Shown: positions 1 to 13,723, counted from the stretch's first letter. The stretch: 64,000 nucleotides of DNA from Leptogorgia sarmentosa (GCA_964658305.1 OZ210885.1:6634001-6698000), one strand, 5' to 3'. The notes: generated from the letters alone by a model not told the origin. A program made the numbers and translations.

Positions 1-397
1 AGTTGTAGCACTACGTAATATTTTAACGACAGTATTACAAAATATTAAAGTGTATATATTCGATATCATGCATTCTTTAATATATACAAGAGTCGAGACA
101 AATACATTAGCCATCGGGCACAGAAGCGCAAGTTGCGTATATTATAATATACTTGGTCAGGAACTTGTAGAATTAAAAATTAGGTGGGTGCGCAACCACA
201 GAGCAAGTAATAGGAAAGATTAGCATAAAGTGCATAACTACAAAAACAGGAATAGGAAAAAAACACTTAGCATGACCAAGGGAAAGATTGTTATATGGCC
301 AGTGAATGACGTTGTCAGAGAAATATTTGTTGATTTTGTTCCTATCCTATTGAGTATAAATATGAGCGCAAAATAATGTTAGAGCTAAATTGTAAGC

Positions 398-3300
398 ATG
401 GCATACTGTCCGGTATACGGTTGCAATAGTGACAATCAGAAAAATACAGCTGGAGTCCATTTTTTTGCATTTCCGAGCGGAAAATCGGCAGACCAACAGT
501 GTAGAAGAAAAGCGTGGATTGAATTCTGCAAGCGTAAAGCCTTCAAACCATCAGCATGCACGAAAATATGTTCGCTTCATTTTGCGGAAAACGACTACGA
601 ACCAGGACACTCGCCAGAGTTTCTCAAGCGCCTGCAATGTAATGAAACGTTTCGAGTTCAATTGAAAAGAGACGCATTGCCAACGTTGAAAAAACCACTA
701 CATGATCCTGGCACAACCTGTAATAAAGCAAGGAGCTCCTCTCAAAGAAGGGCACGAAAGAAGGTAATAACGAATACGTTAATTCTTTCAAAGTCATAAG
801 ACATCATCGATTCCTATATTTTTTTTTTTCTTTTGAAAAACTTACATTACATTTACAGAATGTCAATGAACTTGTGATGGCAACAGATTTGACTTGCGAA
901 AACGAGGGAGATGAGGACAAAATCATTAGCTTACCACCTGAACCTGAGGAAATGTCTACCTTCACGATGAATCCTTGCAACTCTCGAAATATATCGACAC
1001 AAACACCCTTGCCGAGCGAGAAGAACACAAAAAAGACCCAAACTACGATAAACGCAACTTCCCCGATTTTTCAGCAAATTGCGATGCGACACGATAAAGC
1101 TACGGACACAACGGACTTAGACTCACACAGTGCTCAAAACCAAGAGGTATCCAGCAATATCGAAGTGACCATGCCCAGAGATATTGACGTAGAAAGCGTT
1201 ATTAGCAGCGGCAGCGAGGAATCAGACGATGATCATGCCCAGATACAAGCCGAATCATCTACCGAAAGCGAGGACATCTGCGGTGAAAATGAGGATGATT
1301 CTGATCACGAACGTTGGATTCTTCAAAAAGGAAAGACTCCACAAGATCAAGTGAAGATCGTAGTTTTTGAAGAAGCCATATTAAGAGCTTTCGAGAAATG
1401 CAGGCATTGTGGCTCGAAATGTATTGTAACGATGGAAAGTCGAATTGGGTCATCATGCAAAATCTCTGCCTCATGTGAAAGTGGTGAAAGCAAGCATCAT
1501 TTTTTTTGGTCAACTGGTCCCCTAATCAATAGAATGCCGGTTTTTCATTTGTTCTTCGCAACTGGAATTCTCGCCACAGGAATAGAATCAGCAAAGGTTT
1601 TACGGTTTTTTAATGCCCTGAAAATACCTAATCTGCAGCAACGCGAGCTATCAAAAATTTTAAAGAATTATGTTATTCCTGCCGTGTATAATACTTGGCA
1701 CAGAGAACAATCTGAACGAATAAAAGAAGTTGTAGGAAAATCAGTTGTGATTGCATCTGATATGTGTGTTGACAGCCCTGGTCATAGCAGTCTTTTTGGT
1801 TCTGGAAGTACCCTAGACATGGGACGCAATGTAATTTTAGATACACAAGTTATAAAGGTAAATATTAGTAGGTAAATATAAATAGACAACACAAATTGCC
1901 AATTTTCTTAAACTTTTTATGAATTGTTTTCAGTCAACTGAGGTAAAAAATTCAAATGCAATGGAGCTTGAGTCTTTAAAGCGACAATTGAAATTCCTGG
2001 AGGACAATGAAGTTCAGGTGACGAAGTTGGTGACTGATCGTCATGTTCAGGTCTCTTCATACATGGCGAATGAAAAACCAGATGTTGAGCACGCGTTTGA
2101 TGTCTGGCATGTGGCAAAAGGTAAATAACATATCATTATATTTATCATATGTTGATCCTACTTTAGACTCAGAAATAACGGATCTGCATGTAATTCTAAA
2201 AGAAAAACTAAGCTGTTTCCAGATGTAGTAATTTCATCATTTACCTTTGAAGGTGAAAAGAAGAAGTTGCAGAAGGTAGCGAAGAAAACGAAGTTTCATT
2301 CAATTCAACCATGGATTGGGGTAAGTTTAAATAAAGACAGTCGAAGTCAGCAAGGGGTTTTGCTCAGAAGTCTATTAAAATCTACTTCTTGATTGACTTG
2401 GAGGATTGATACTGTATTTTTATCTACTTGACAGTCAATTGTTAACCACATTTACTGGGTTGGTGATTCCAGTAAAACTGCAGATGAGAAAGAGGAAAAG
2501 TGGCGCAGCATTCTCAATCACATTGTGAATATTCACCAACATGATGGCAACAAAATATTTGTTAAATGCCTTCATGGTGAACTTGAAAGAGAATGGATTA
2601 AAAAAGGTCAGAAAAGATAACATGTATGAACAAGTGACATGTGGTGTAATATTCCAGAGACTAGAATTAACGATATAGCATTATAGTTATAATGCATTTT
2701 AACTATTATATTACAGGATCTGCTGCCCATAAAATGTTAAAAGAAATGTTAACAAGACCTCGTCTGATTTCTGCAATTCGCAAGCTATCACAGTACCATC
2801 AGACATCTGGTTTAGAGGCCAAACATTCACTGGATAATGTACTTGCTTCCAAGAACACATACCATTCCTACCACTCATTAAGTGCAAGGTAAATATAATA
2901 TTTACACCTGGTTCACAATGATAACCTAATATATTTCACCTGTTATATTGTTGCACAAATGGCCCCAATCAGTAGTTTAACACTAAATACATGCTTCCTT
3001 GTTTTAATAGATTGTACTGTTCAAATTTGCACTATAATGAAAACAGTAATAGGAAGCAAGCAACAACTGCTGATGGTCAGCTTCGCTGGGCAATTTCTTT
3101 TCCCAAAGCTTTCAAAGGAGAAAAAATTGTCGCAAAACCACTGAAGGAAAAACCCACTTATGGTACAGTATAAATTTTATTTTGACTAATGTCATAATAA
3201 TCTACAAATGCATAATATAGAGGTTCTCTTTCAATAATACATTGTTCATAAATTGATAATTAATAGAAATTTCTTGAAATTTGACCACATAGCATATGTA

Positions 3301-3639
3301 CAGTTGATTTTGAATGAAGTGGTGAAGCTAACAAATCAGCCCAACACAATAGAAAAAGCCATGGTCTATGCCAAAATTGTGCTGCCAACTGAGCCAAGAT
3401 CACTGGTGGAACAGTACCTGGAAGGAAAGGAGAGACCAACCAAGGAATCTGTGGTGGCCAATATAAGGTCCAGATTTAGTACACCAGCTTTACCTGTAAG
3501 TAATGAAAGAGGATCAGGACAAAAGCATTGTGTTTGTAAAGGAAAATGTGCAACAAGGAAATGTGATTGTAGAGCAGCAGATGTGATATGTGACAGCAAA
3601 TGTAAATGTAGCATAGAAAAATGTAAAAATCGTGAGTGA
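398..3639 (+). CDS. Kolobok-type transposase (THAP - DDE - C-terminal Cys cluster), 8 exons, ~820 aa, apparently intact
   Basis: Exons 398-763, 859-1857, 1934-2120, 2253-2320, 2435-2606, 2717-2888, 3011-3162 and 3293-3639 are joined by GT..AG introns with consistent phases (2463 nt, no stop). Motifs: THAP (CPVYGC...W...CSLHF), ASDMCVDSPGH, VTDRH, FDVWH, TSGLEAKHS, LHYNEN, and C-terminal CVCKGKCATRKCDC...CDSKCKC. Confidence 0.85.
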
Positions 3640-3700
3640 TGTCTGACGTGTGTATATAGACTGTATATTTACAATGTAAAGGTATTAAAAACATTAATTA

Positions 3701-4315
3701 TTACCGTTTAGCCTTTGTTTTGGCGTATTTGAAATGCGTGTATAGTCCATCAGGTGATGCGAATTTCTCCCGTATAGCCGAGTATACACAAGCTGGGAAG
3801 GGTCGTCGTTTCTTTTTTCCCAAAATTTGAAAGACCCAACGAGAACACCGTTGGTATGCCACCAGCCGATACAGTTTGTGCAGTTTCTCGAGGTCTTTGT
3901 CATCAATTGGCCAGTTCTCCTCAAGGTACCGAGAAACATCAGTTTTTAAAACGTTTGCGGAAAGCATATTGTCCTTGAATTCCTCATGTGCGGTCAAACA
4001 TACGTTGCCTTCCGACTCAGATTCCTTGAGCAGAGCATCATACTCGTCGTACTCTAGAGCCTTCTCGTGACAACAGAAACATTCGATAGTTTTTGTTGAT
4101 AATGCACAATGTCCACAGTTGCACCAACTCAGAGATTCGCGGCGCCAAGCATTCTCTATTTCGAACTCTTCATCGACTTCCTCATCTGAGGAAGACAACT
4201 CGCTGTCTTCGTCCGAACCACTTTCAGCGCTAAAATTGCTTGCATTTGCTCCCGCTTCTGGCTCAAATTGGTAAGGTAATACTTCGCCTATTTAGTTCTC
4301 ATGAATATTTTCCAT
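3701..4315 (-). CDS. KolX-like accessory protein with P2X7 cytoplasmic-ballast-like Cys/Zn domain (in-frame TAA at codon 8)
   Basis: Motifs PYQFEP, acidic tract, WCNCGHC, ECFCC, CLTAH and YRLVAYQRCSRW...RRPFPACVYSAIREKFASPDGLYTHF. Convergent with the THAP transposase, stop codons ~60 bp apart. ATG at 4315 is in frame; stop at 4292-4294. Confidence 0.75.
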
Positions 4316-4859
4316 TATTATAATCAAAAAGGCAATAATTACTTGAGAAAAGCTGTCCGACGCAAATATGAACTATAAAATTTATATACTGTTGTTTCGA
4401 TCTTACCCTACTAATGAAGTCAAACAGGTCATATTACCAAAAAGATAATTTTTCTAAAATGGCTGACGATTTTCGTATTTGGGGCACAATTAAACGCATA
4501 TATCTTGCAAACTAAAAGATTTCGTGAGGAATTATTACCAGATTCATTGTTAGATAGTACAACACGTTTGAAATAGCCAATAAAAATTTTTAGTGCCAAT
4601 ACCCTTTCATGTTCCAAAAATATAGTTGCATTAATTGATTAGTAAAGCGAGGGGTTTCTGCATATATGTATTTCTAGTATAATGTATATTGGCCCCATTG
4701 TCTATTGTCGGGACAACTAATTGAAATAGCTGTATCACATTTCATTTCCTGTCATTGATCGTATCACTTAAAAATGTATCTTGCCCAGGCTTTTCGGGCA
4801 ACCCTTCCCTTGAGTTACTATTAGTACAGAGAAGTTGACTGCCCTTACATCATCAGGGA

Positions 4860-5455
4860 ATACAATACCCACATGGGTGGTGTTGATATGCTGGATGCCC
4901 ACATCCCCCGCTGTAAGTATTCCATTCGAACAAGTAGATGGTACCTTATACTCTTCTGGCATTTTATCAGTATTGGGGTAATCAATGCATGGCTCCTGTA
5001 TGAGCGTGATTGTCAGGGATGCCGGAAGATCGATAATTGTGGGTACAGATATTCATATATTTGTGTTCAGCGTTATTAATTTCCTTTGAAATCAATTGTT
5101 CTTATGGTCTGTAAACCGAAATATATGAATATCTGCACCTGCAATTATCGATCTTTCGGCATCCCTGGTGATTGTTCCCTGCTGAAAATCACAGGCAAGA
5201 GTGTGATGAAGCTTTAGACATTGGCATCATAACAGTAAAATAGTTTTGTTCAAACTCTGATATTTATAGATTCTAGTAGTGACAGTAACATACATAAATA
5301 CCCAGTGGGTCACATATGACCTGAGCCTTAAATCTAGGGCAAATTGACGAAATTCCCCAAAACATAGTTTTTTAGTTTATTTACCCTGTTTTGTTTATTT
5401 TTAAACTAAAAATATATTTTTTCTGATGATAAAAGATGTCTTGGGTTCTCCAGGG
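4860..5455 (+). pseudogene. piggyBac transposase 3' remnant with probable right end
   Basis: YNTHMGGVDMLD...RTSRWYLILFWHFISIGVINAWLLY is the piggyBac C-terminal catalytic motif. The segment ends in ...CAGGG followed by TTTAA. Confidence 0.7.
5014..5167. mobile_element. hAT-type MITE, 154 bp
   Basis: TIR CAGGGATGCCGGAAGATCGATAATTG (25/26 match, extends imperfectly to ~49 bp). Perfect 8-bp TSD GTGATTGT at 5006-5013 and 5168-5175. Confidence 0.92.
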
Positions 5456-5567
5456 TTTAAGCATTTTTTTTCACTCAACAACTTGATGTTTGTATTCAGT
5501 TATTTCAACTATATCTTACTACATCGTCAAGAATGCGATATTCCAGTGATTCAGGCCCATTCTGCTA

Positions 5568-5755
5568 CAGGGGGAGTCAGAAAAACAGATATGTTTGAAA
5601 TTTGAAAATCAAATTACCTGCACTTCATCGTTTATTTGCAACTACGTGCCTGAATATCACAGTCATGAACGAACTAGGTACGAAGCATGTCAACAGCCTC
5701 TCGGCCATATATGAATTTTTAGTGTGTCAGTTTTCTCTGACTCAACCTGTCCCTG
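5568..5755. mobile_element. possible degenerate TA-flanked MITE
   Basis: Left TA|CAGGGGGAGTCAGAAAAAC and right GTTTTCTCTGACTCAACCTGTCCCTG|TA form imperfect inverted ends. Confidence 0.4.
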
Positions 5756-7127
5756 TATAATTTATTTACGAACCATGTTAGCAATTTTTTTGTGTGAATA
5801 ATCCCAATTATTTCAACGCAGTAACATTTATGACACGCGAATATTACTATGGTTAATTATCTCACTAGTTCTTGTCTGATGAATATTCATATCTTTATCA
5901 ATATGATCAATATTCATGTTTTCACTAGTGGCTAAATTGAGGAATGCACATTTTCCATGAGACTACCGCACAGGCGTTTTTGTGAGTGACCTCAATACAT
6001 TAGGCATGTGGTTAATCTCATTATTTCATAATCTCTCCGTAACTCGTATTAAGATCACCTGAGACATTGTTACGTTCTCTCAGCACTACGAATTATGAAA
6101 TTGCGCGAAATATTTAAATATGGTGCCGAAATTTAAATTGATCACTAAAACATAAATCTATCACTATCACATAAATTTAAATATCAGTACTGATTATATT
6201 GTAGTATCACACACGCAATCAAAAAGCGTGCAAAATATGCATTTGCTCACACAAAAATAATTCTTCGTTGGAACAATATTAAAACTTAATCGTCATAATG
6301 CTCTTAGGAAATGAACTCACCCATATTTTTTCCGTTATGCCCGCAAATGACATTAACTTCAAATTTCAGTTTAACACCTAGCCTAATAGTGCTAATGTGC
6401 CCTAATTATCTGGACACTAATACTAATTGCCTTTCTGCCTCGCCTTTACTAGCTAACGTATAAAATAACATGCAAATTGTTATAGTCAGAGAGTCTGAGT
6501 TATTGTCAAACAGTGTTATTAAAGCAAAGAAAATGGAATCCACCGCATTTAATTTTAGAGAAAGAAATAGACTTTTTAAATTCAAATAGATGGATCTTAC
6601 TGCTATGGATATGCGACAATTACGAGGAAGTTATCGAACATTTTTTAGCATTGAGCTCGACATGTTTCGTGATGACAGAATCACATTTCAGGCCTCCACG
6701 GGCGGTATTTCTTGGCAAAATAATTGTATGCATGCATCATAAGGGCAAATAAGATTTCTCGAGAAAAAATTTCGCTTCGCCAGTGAGTAGAAGTCAGTTC
6801 TACTCACTGCAAAAGCAAAAAATGTGTGAGAATTCAATAGAATCGTTCATGTGCAACCATCCGCATTTCGCAGACACAATTTCTCGCGAAAGATTTCGCC
6901 ATCGTGGAATCAGACCTCAAGGGGCATAAACGTTTTCTGAAACAGGTAAATAAAAGAATATTTTCCGTAATTAGAGTTATACTGTATATTATTGCTATTA
7001 TCATGGTTCATGATAGAAATATATATAATCATAAATAATGATAATTTATAAATTATAATTAGAACAATTAAAATATAAATCAATTTTGTATTTCAACAGA
7101 AAAGTTTTGCTGATATTGCTTCTCATA

Positions 7128-7360
7128 CAGGGGTGTAATTATTAGAGGGAGGTTGACACCGCCAAACGTCAAAGAATAGTGCATTGGTTGGGCGAAATGC
7201 AAACAATTCATTGGGAAATTTTTAAAAAATATTCATTATCTTTGGAGAAGAAACCAAAAACAGAATTTATGCAGTGTACGTTTTTTCCAGGGGGGGGAAA
7301 TTAATCTTGGCAATGGGGGGGAGGGTTGGGCACCATGAGTACAGCCAAATTACGCCCCTG
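7128..7360. mobile_element. old hAT-type MITE
   Basis: TIR CAGGGGTGTAATT / AATTACGCCCCTG (12/13). Degenerate 8-bp flanks TTCTCATA / TTCTTATC. Confidence 0.55.
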
Positions 7361-9669
7361 TTCTTATCACTTCATCAGCTAGATATCTGACCGTAACAAT
7401 TCAATAATAGGCAAATTAGCATGTTGCGGGGCGTCAGTAGAGCGATGGGGAATTGTCACTGCCCCCCCCCCGAGTCTCATTCAGCAAAAATTTAAGCTGC
7501 AGTCATATATTGGCATATACGATGAAAAATTTAAGGTTAGGTTATGCAAATTGTTGTCAACGGCAAGGGGGGGGGGGTGTATGATAAGAGTTTTGAGAAA
7601 AAAATGTTCAGATCAGTCGGCAAAATTAGAGAAAAAAGTCCGTAAAATTTCCAACACCACCCTGTTCTAGCCTGGTATCTTGTCAAAATTTCTACTATAT
7701 GTTGCATACATTTCTCTTCTATGAATAGTTAATACTTATAGTGTTCAGTCATGGTTAGGAATAAATATCATGGTAGAGCATTTTATGATATTAATTTCTT
7801 ATCCCATGATTCTCCTAGCGTTTCCAATTTTTGAGCAGATGCGTGGATACATACCTATTTCGATGATTGGTAATCCATTTGTGATCACTGGGACAGAAAT
7901 CAGACACTGTTTACATGTCCTGAAAAGGTGCAAAACATTTATTTTATTCACTTAAAAATCTATCATTAACGCATATTGATATTGTTAATCACAGCTAAAT
8001 AATATTTCTACGATCCATGGTGGTTGCAAGCCAAAGCCTGTACATGAACACACCTACGAAAGGAATCGTCAAATAAAGTTACAAGGAACATGAAAACTGA
8101 GTTGCTCAGCCACAATACAACTACGGCATGTTGAAATATTCAACGATTCTGAGCTATCAGGTGATTTTCCCACTGCTAACAGCGTCCGAATGGTTAAGAA
8201 GAGAACAATGGAAGAACTTATGAAAAAAACTGGGATGAAATGAGGTGTTAAAGACATCCTCACAACACTACATGAAAATTATGCTAAGCAAAGAGCATTC
8301 TTGGGCACCCGGTTGGTGAAAGCTCGCCAGTAAACCAGATAATCGACAAAAGAATAATCGAACAAATCTACGAACTTGTGAAGAAAAATTACATTGGCCT
8401 GAAGGAAGTGAAACAATGTCTGGATGAATTTGTGGAAAGAGAGCTATTCTCCGAAACACACAAGGCCAAAGAAAACAAATCGAAGATACTATCCAAGTTC
8501 CAAAGACCTGCAAAATAATAATAGTTCAAGAGCTATTGCCACCGAGAAATCCCTAAGAGTCCCTTCTTCGAAAGATAACTAATTTGAAGCAGTCATCGCG
8601 AAGTACAAGATTCTTCCTTCAAACCCAAGAATGCGAACCGAGTTGTTTTGGTGACACAGTGCCTACTAACGAGAGCGATAACTTTCTTTTTGTTCACCAA
8701 GAAGAGTGGCAACTAAAACTTCTGCTGAAGTATGAAAGTGACCTTGCCCTACTTGACGCCACATACAAAACAAAAAATATGCCATGCCGTTGTTCTTCAT
8801 ATGTGTGAACATCAACGTTGGCTACAAGGTAGTTGCCGAGTTTGTGCCAACACAAGGACGAAATTTCCATATCCAAAGCCTTGGGGATCTTGCAAAGATG
8901 GAAGCAGGACTGGAGTCCAAAATACTTCATGGTAGATTTTTCAGTGGCTAAAATAGGAGCGATTGAAACATGCTTTCCTGGTGTTGTTGAAGATATTTGC
9001 TATTTCCACTGTCAGCAGGCTATTGGGCTAAAAAATGGTCTTGATCAAAACGAACGAGAGTTTCTCCAGTCGGCAATGGCAAGAATCGGTAGGGCTCCTA
9101 CGGAGACACAGCATCCAAGCTTCGCCAATCAACTGTACAAAACAACGGAGAATTGACAGTCCCTTGTCATTTTCGCTGGTGCCAAGTTCGAAAATCACAA
9201 GCATTAAACATTGTGAACACTAATAATGGAGCGGATTCTATGAACAGGCTTTTTAAGTATGATTACCTAAATGTCTCTTAGGCATAGTCATCATGATTGT
9301 ATGTTCTTTCCTGCCAGATTCATACCAAAGTAACCAAACCTACCTAAGTGCTAACTTACGCTTAAGTGGTTCATACAGAAAGCACAACGCAATTCAAGTT
9401 CAAGTTTATTAAATTCTTCAATTAATATATTACAAAAATAATACTGTACGCAAGTAGCATAGCTAATCGAGGCGTACAGTAAAAGATTACAAATTAACAC
9501 ATACAAGAGAAAGAAAAAGAAAAAAAATAATAAAAAGATATAACACACTAAACAAATAACATCTAAATTTTGTTAGACTAATTCATAAACATCATAACAC
9601 ATAAGTTGACCATTGAGATTGTTTTCCTTGGGGGAAGTTAGTATCTGTTCCAGGCCAAGACGGTAAAAA

Positions 9670-12600
9670 TTATTTCCAAAGCCTAGACATTTGTAAAACT
9701 AATGAGTTTCCATCAACATAATCATCCTCAAGCTCAAGTATAGTCAAAAGAGATTTTTTGATTACTTTATTAAATCTCGTTTTACCAAACTCACGCACAT
9801 CAGTAGAGATATTGTTCCATACTTTAGCTCCAAACCTCACAAATGATGTACTTACTTTACTGAGTCTCGAGTATTTAATATAAAAATTGTTTGATGCACA
9901 ATGTCTGGTATTATAGTGGTGCATTTGTCGTGAACGAGTAAAACAATCCGAAATTGAAGATGGGCACGAATTGTTAAAAATTTCATGCATTAAATTACCA
10001 ATAGTTTTATAGTAAAGCATATATAACGGTAATATTTTTAATTTAACAAAAAGTGGAATTGCATGTTCTTTGCAATTTTTAAAGCACATTAATCGCAAAG
10101 CCCTTTTCTGTAATATAAGAATTTTATCTAAGTATTTCTTAGAGGTATGTCCCCATACAATTATACCATATGTTAAATAAGGTAGTATTAAACAGTGATA
10201 TATGCTATTTAAAGTTGATAGAGGTACAAAATGTCTTAGTCTTGCAATTATACCAATAGCTTTACTTATTTTATTGGCAATATTATCTATATGGTATTTC
10301 CATGTAAGGTTGCTGTCTATAATAACTCCCAAGTATTTAACAAATTCTTTAGACTCAATTTTGACAAAATTGTTACTGTTATTGTCAAACACTTTTATAT
10401 TAACTTGATAATTTTGCCTTTTTTGATATGGTCGAAATATTACGTAATTTGTCTTACTCAGGTTCAATGTCAGTTTGTTTGAATTAAGCCATTCACAAAC
10501 CAACATCAACTCTTTATTAACGACTATCTCAAGAGAATTCAGATTTTTATCAGCATATAGTATATTTGTATCATCAGCGAATAAATAAAATTGGAATAGC
10601 TTAGACGACATGCATATATCATTTATATATATCAGGAAAAGAAGAGGGCCAAGAACTGAGCCTTGTGGGACGCCATATTTACTGAATTCTTTTGTAGATA
10701 TATTGTCTCCAGATTGGGTTGTCTGTATTCGACCAGTTAGATAAGATTTAAACCAAATATTAATAATACCTCGAACACCATAATGATCTAATTTGTATAG
10801 AAGTATGGAATGATCGACAGTATCAAATGCCTTTTTCAAATCTAGAAATATTCCGCAAGAAAACATCTTTTTCTCCATATTAGTCTGAATGTTGTTCACA
10901 ATATCTATTAATGCATGTTGTGTTGAATACTTGTCTCTAAAGCCATACTGTTTTTCATACAAAATTAGATTTTTTTCAAAAAATATCTTAAGGCGTTTAT
11001 ACATTAATTTTTCAAATATTTTGCTAAAATTAGAAAGTAATGAAATTGGTCTATAGTTTTTTGGTTCGAGTACATCATTATCCTTATAAATAGGAATTAT
11101 TTTAGCATATTTTAGCTTTGAAGGAAATATCCCATTCTGGATTGAAAGATTCATTATTTCTGCCAATGGACAGGATATATGTTCTTTTATACATTTTAAT
11201 ATATGTGTATGGCAGGAGTAAATCCCAGTCGCTTTACCATAAGGAATTAACTTGATTTCAAATTCTACTTCAGAAGAGGTAATAGGGGTAAAAAAGAATG
11301 AATTGGGATAATTACTATCATTAAAATAGTCACTAAAGTGCTTGCTTGAATTAGGCATTTTGGAAGCTAATTTCTCGTCCACGGATGAGAAATGTTTATT
11401 AAAAATATCAGGAATTTCCGTGGGATTGGAAATTATTTGATTTCTGACAGGACATCTTATTTTTGTAATTGTTTTCCGATTACTTTTTTTATGATTTATT
11501 AAATTATTTATGGCTTCCCAGGTTTTCTTCATATTTGTAATATTATTTTCAAAGAATTCCTGAAAATAAAGCTTTTTACTCATTCTTACTAAATTAATTA
11601 TTCTGTTTCGATATAATTTATATTTATCTTTATTTCCAGAGTAAAATAATTTATTTTTTATTTTAATAGATCTTCTAATAGCCTTAGTTATCCATGGTTT
11701 AGCAGATTGTTTTATCTTACGTTTGGACATATTTTTAAGAGGTGCATGTTTATTTGTTAATTTATTTATTTTATTGTAGAATGTCGAAAATAAACTATCT
11801 ATATTTTCTTTTTTACTGTCGATAACGGATTTCCAATCAATTTGCATTAAGTCATTGTTAAGATGTGACTGTGAAAAATGTGAAAAATCTCTTACTTTAC
11901 TCTGACGATGGGCCTTTGTCTTAATAGATGACTGAATAATACAAAATTGTGAGAAGTGGTCGCTAATATCAGAAACAATATTTCCACTTAAGATTGAATT
12001 TTCGATTTTGTTGACAAAATGTTGTCAATCAATGTAGCTGAGTTATTATAGACTCTAGTGGGCTTGTCAATGGTTGGAATTAAAGCATAACTTTGGAGAG
12101 TTGATAAAAAATCTTGTGCATATTTACAAGTTTGAGCCTTGAGGAGGTTTATGTTGAAGTCACCCATTACGTATATAGGCTTATTCGATCTTAAAGCACT
12201 AAATTTGTCCAAAGCATTTTCAAAATATGTTTGAAACAGTTCAGGAGTGTTATGTTGTCTATAAATCACTCCAATGATAATATTTGCTTTATTTAGAAGT
12301 TCAATTTCAACCCAAAGAGCCTGAAAAGCATTATTGGAGCATTTCTCCAGAACAGTATATTTCAGGTCTTCATGTATATACATACCTACTCCTCCTGAAG
12401 CCAGGGGTGTTGGGACGAATTCAAATTGATAATTTTCTAATTCGGGATTAAAATCATTAAACATTGTATCTGTAATTTTTGTCTCAGTAACACCTATTAC
12501 ATTAAAGTTATAATCAAGTTCTTGAAGTAGATGTGTTTGTAGGTTCTCCAAATTACGTTTCAAGCTCCTTACATTGTTATGTAACATTGAGAAATCTTTA

Positions 12601-12908
12601 TTTGTAGAATATTTTGTATGCGGTTTCTTATTAGCTACTTCAGCAAATTTATACGGCGAATAATATTGAGTTCGTAATGATTGTTGAGTTAAATTCGCAT
12701 CCATGTTTACATCGGAGGCTGTATCTAAATTAAACAGCCCTAAGTCACACATACTAGGGTATTTATTCAACTGTTTCATAGTGGGAAGAGTTAAGCAATT
12801 ACTATTCAGGCTGTTATAAGAAGGGATTAAATTAGTGTTATAAAACGGAAGTTCCTGCATTAACGATCGAATAGATTGTAAATTATTTTCATTATATTTT
12901 TCACCCAT
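9670..12908 (-). CDS. LINE ORF2 (AP endonuclease + reverse transcriptase), one frameshift near 12017
   Basis: APE motifs HNNVRSL, IGVTET, MGDFNINLL, TLIDNI and SDH. RT motifs NYRPISLL, QYGFR, FLDLKKAFDTV, GVPQGSVLGPLLFLIYIND, FADDT and KYLG. ORFs 11988-12908 and 9670-11847 join by a single-base indel in a T-run. Confidence 0.88.
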
Positions 12909-12955
12909 AACTATGTATAATCAAATAAATATATACTTATCTTTAGTATACGGAA

Positions 12956-13723
12956 TTAATCCCTTAATCTTTGAAGATCTTCAACACTTTTTATTCTGAT
13001 AACTCGGGAAGAAGAGCTCTTTCTTAAGTATACAGCAGAGTTCTTTGTCCAGCAATATTGGTATGAATTTTGCTCTTTGAACTTTTTCGATTCGTATAGG
13101 ATATTTTGTTGCTTTGGAGTAAGATGATCAAATATTCTAGCGGTTGAATTTACTTTAGGTATTTCTCTTCGTCGCTTCATAACATCGTCTTTAACAATTC
13201 GACGAACGAATTTGCAGATTATAGGTCGCGGTCTATTATCTTGATTTCTGCTAGGGACGAGATTAGCGATGTCAATGTCTTCCATATTAACGTCAGCTCC
13301 AATTGATTTGAAGAGATTCACACAGATGGTACTAGTTTCGGCTGCTAATTCTTTATCATTTTGCTCTGGAAGGCCGACAACCTTAATGTTGTACTGATAG
13401 CTGTACTCTTGAGCCTGATCAAGTGCATCGCCAACATCTACTTTACTGGATATTTCTGCAATTCTGGCACTAAGTCTATTCATTTCACTTGTCATTTTGG
13501 CCTCAAAATTACTCAACGAGTCATATTTATTGCTTAAAAATTGTAGACTTGTTTCAAAGGATTCGTATTGAGCTTTAGATGATGTATCCTCGTGGTTACG
13601 CTTCACCGGTTCCTTGTAAGATTCGAACATGTCTTGTAGTTTATTAAAATTCTTCTGCAGCGAATCAATTTCAGCTTTAAGAGCATCATTCTGTTTCTTT
13701 AAAGATATTATCGTGTCAGGCAT
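12956..13723 (-). CDS. LINE ORF1 (coiled coil + RRM-like + C-terminal domain)
   Basis: Heptad-rich N-terminus, QEYSYQYNIKVVGLPE, RPIICKFVRR, IFDHLTP, YQYCWTKNSAVYLRK. Confidence 0.8.
   Translation of the reverse strand: MPDTIISLKKQNDALKAEIDSLQKNFNKLQDMFESYKEPVKRNHEDTSSKAQYESFETSLQFLSNKYDSLSNFEAKMTSEMNRLSARIAEISSKVDVGDALDQAQEYSYQYNIKVVGLPEQNDKELAAETSTICVNLFKSIGADVNMEDIDIANLVPSRNQDNRPRPIICKFVRRIVKDDVMKRRREIPKVNSTARIFDHLTPKQQNILYESKKFKEQNSYQYCWTKNSAVYLRKSSSSRVIRIKSVEDLQRLRD

Larger units (their letters stand above)
398..4605 (+). mobile_element. Kolobok-type DNA transposon #1 (termini not firmly resolved)
   Basis: Same two-gene convergent layout as the TIR/TTAA-delimited element at 35483-58536. 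The right end is only tentative (...GTGCCAATACCCT 4605 followed by TTCA), and no matching left TIR lies within the window. Confidence 0.6.

Noticed and set aside
44..60. TTAA|AGTGTATAT as the left end of Kolobok #1
   Set aside because: I found no convincing inverted partner downstream of the KolX gene.
3701..4198. Annotation as a P2X7 purinoceptor host gene
   Set aside because: Only the ballast-like motifs are present, with no transmembrane or ectodomain exons, and it is paired with a transposase.
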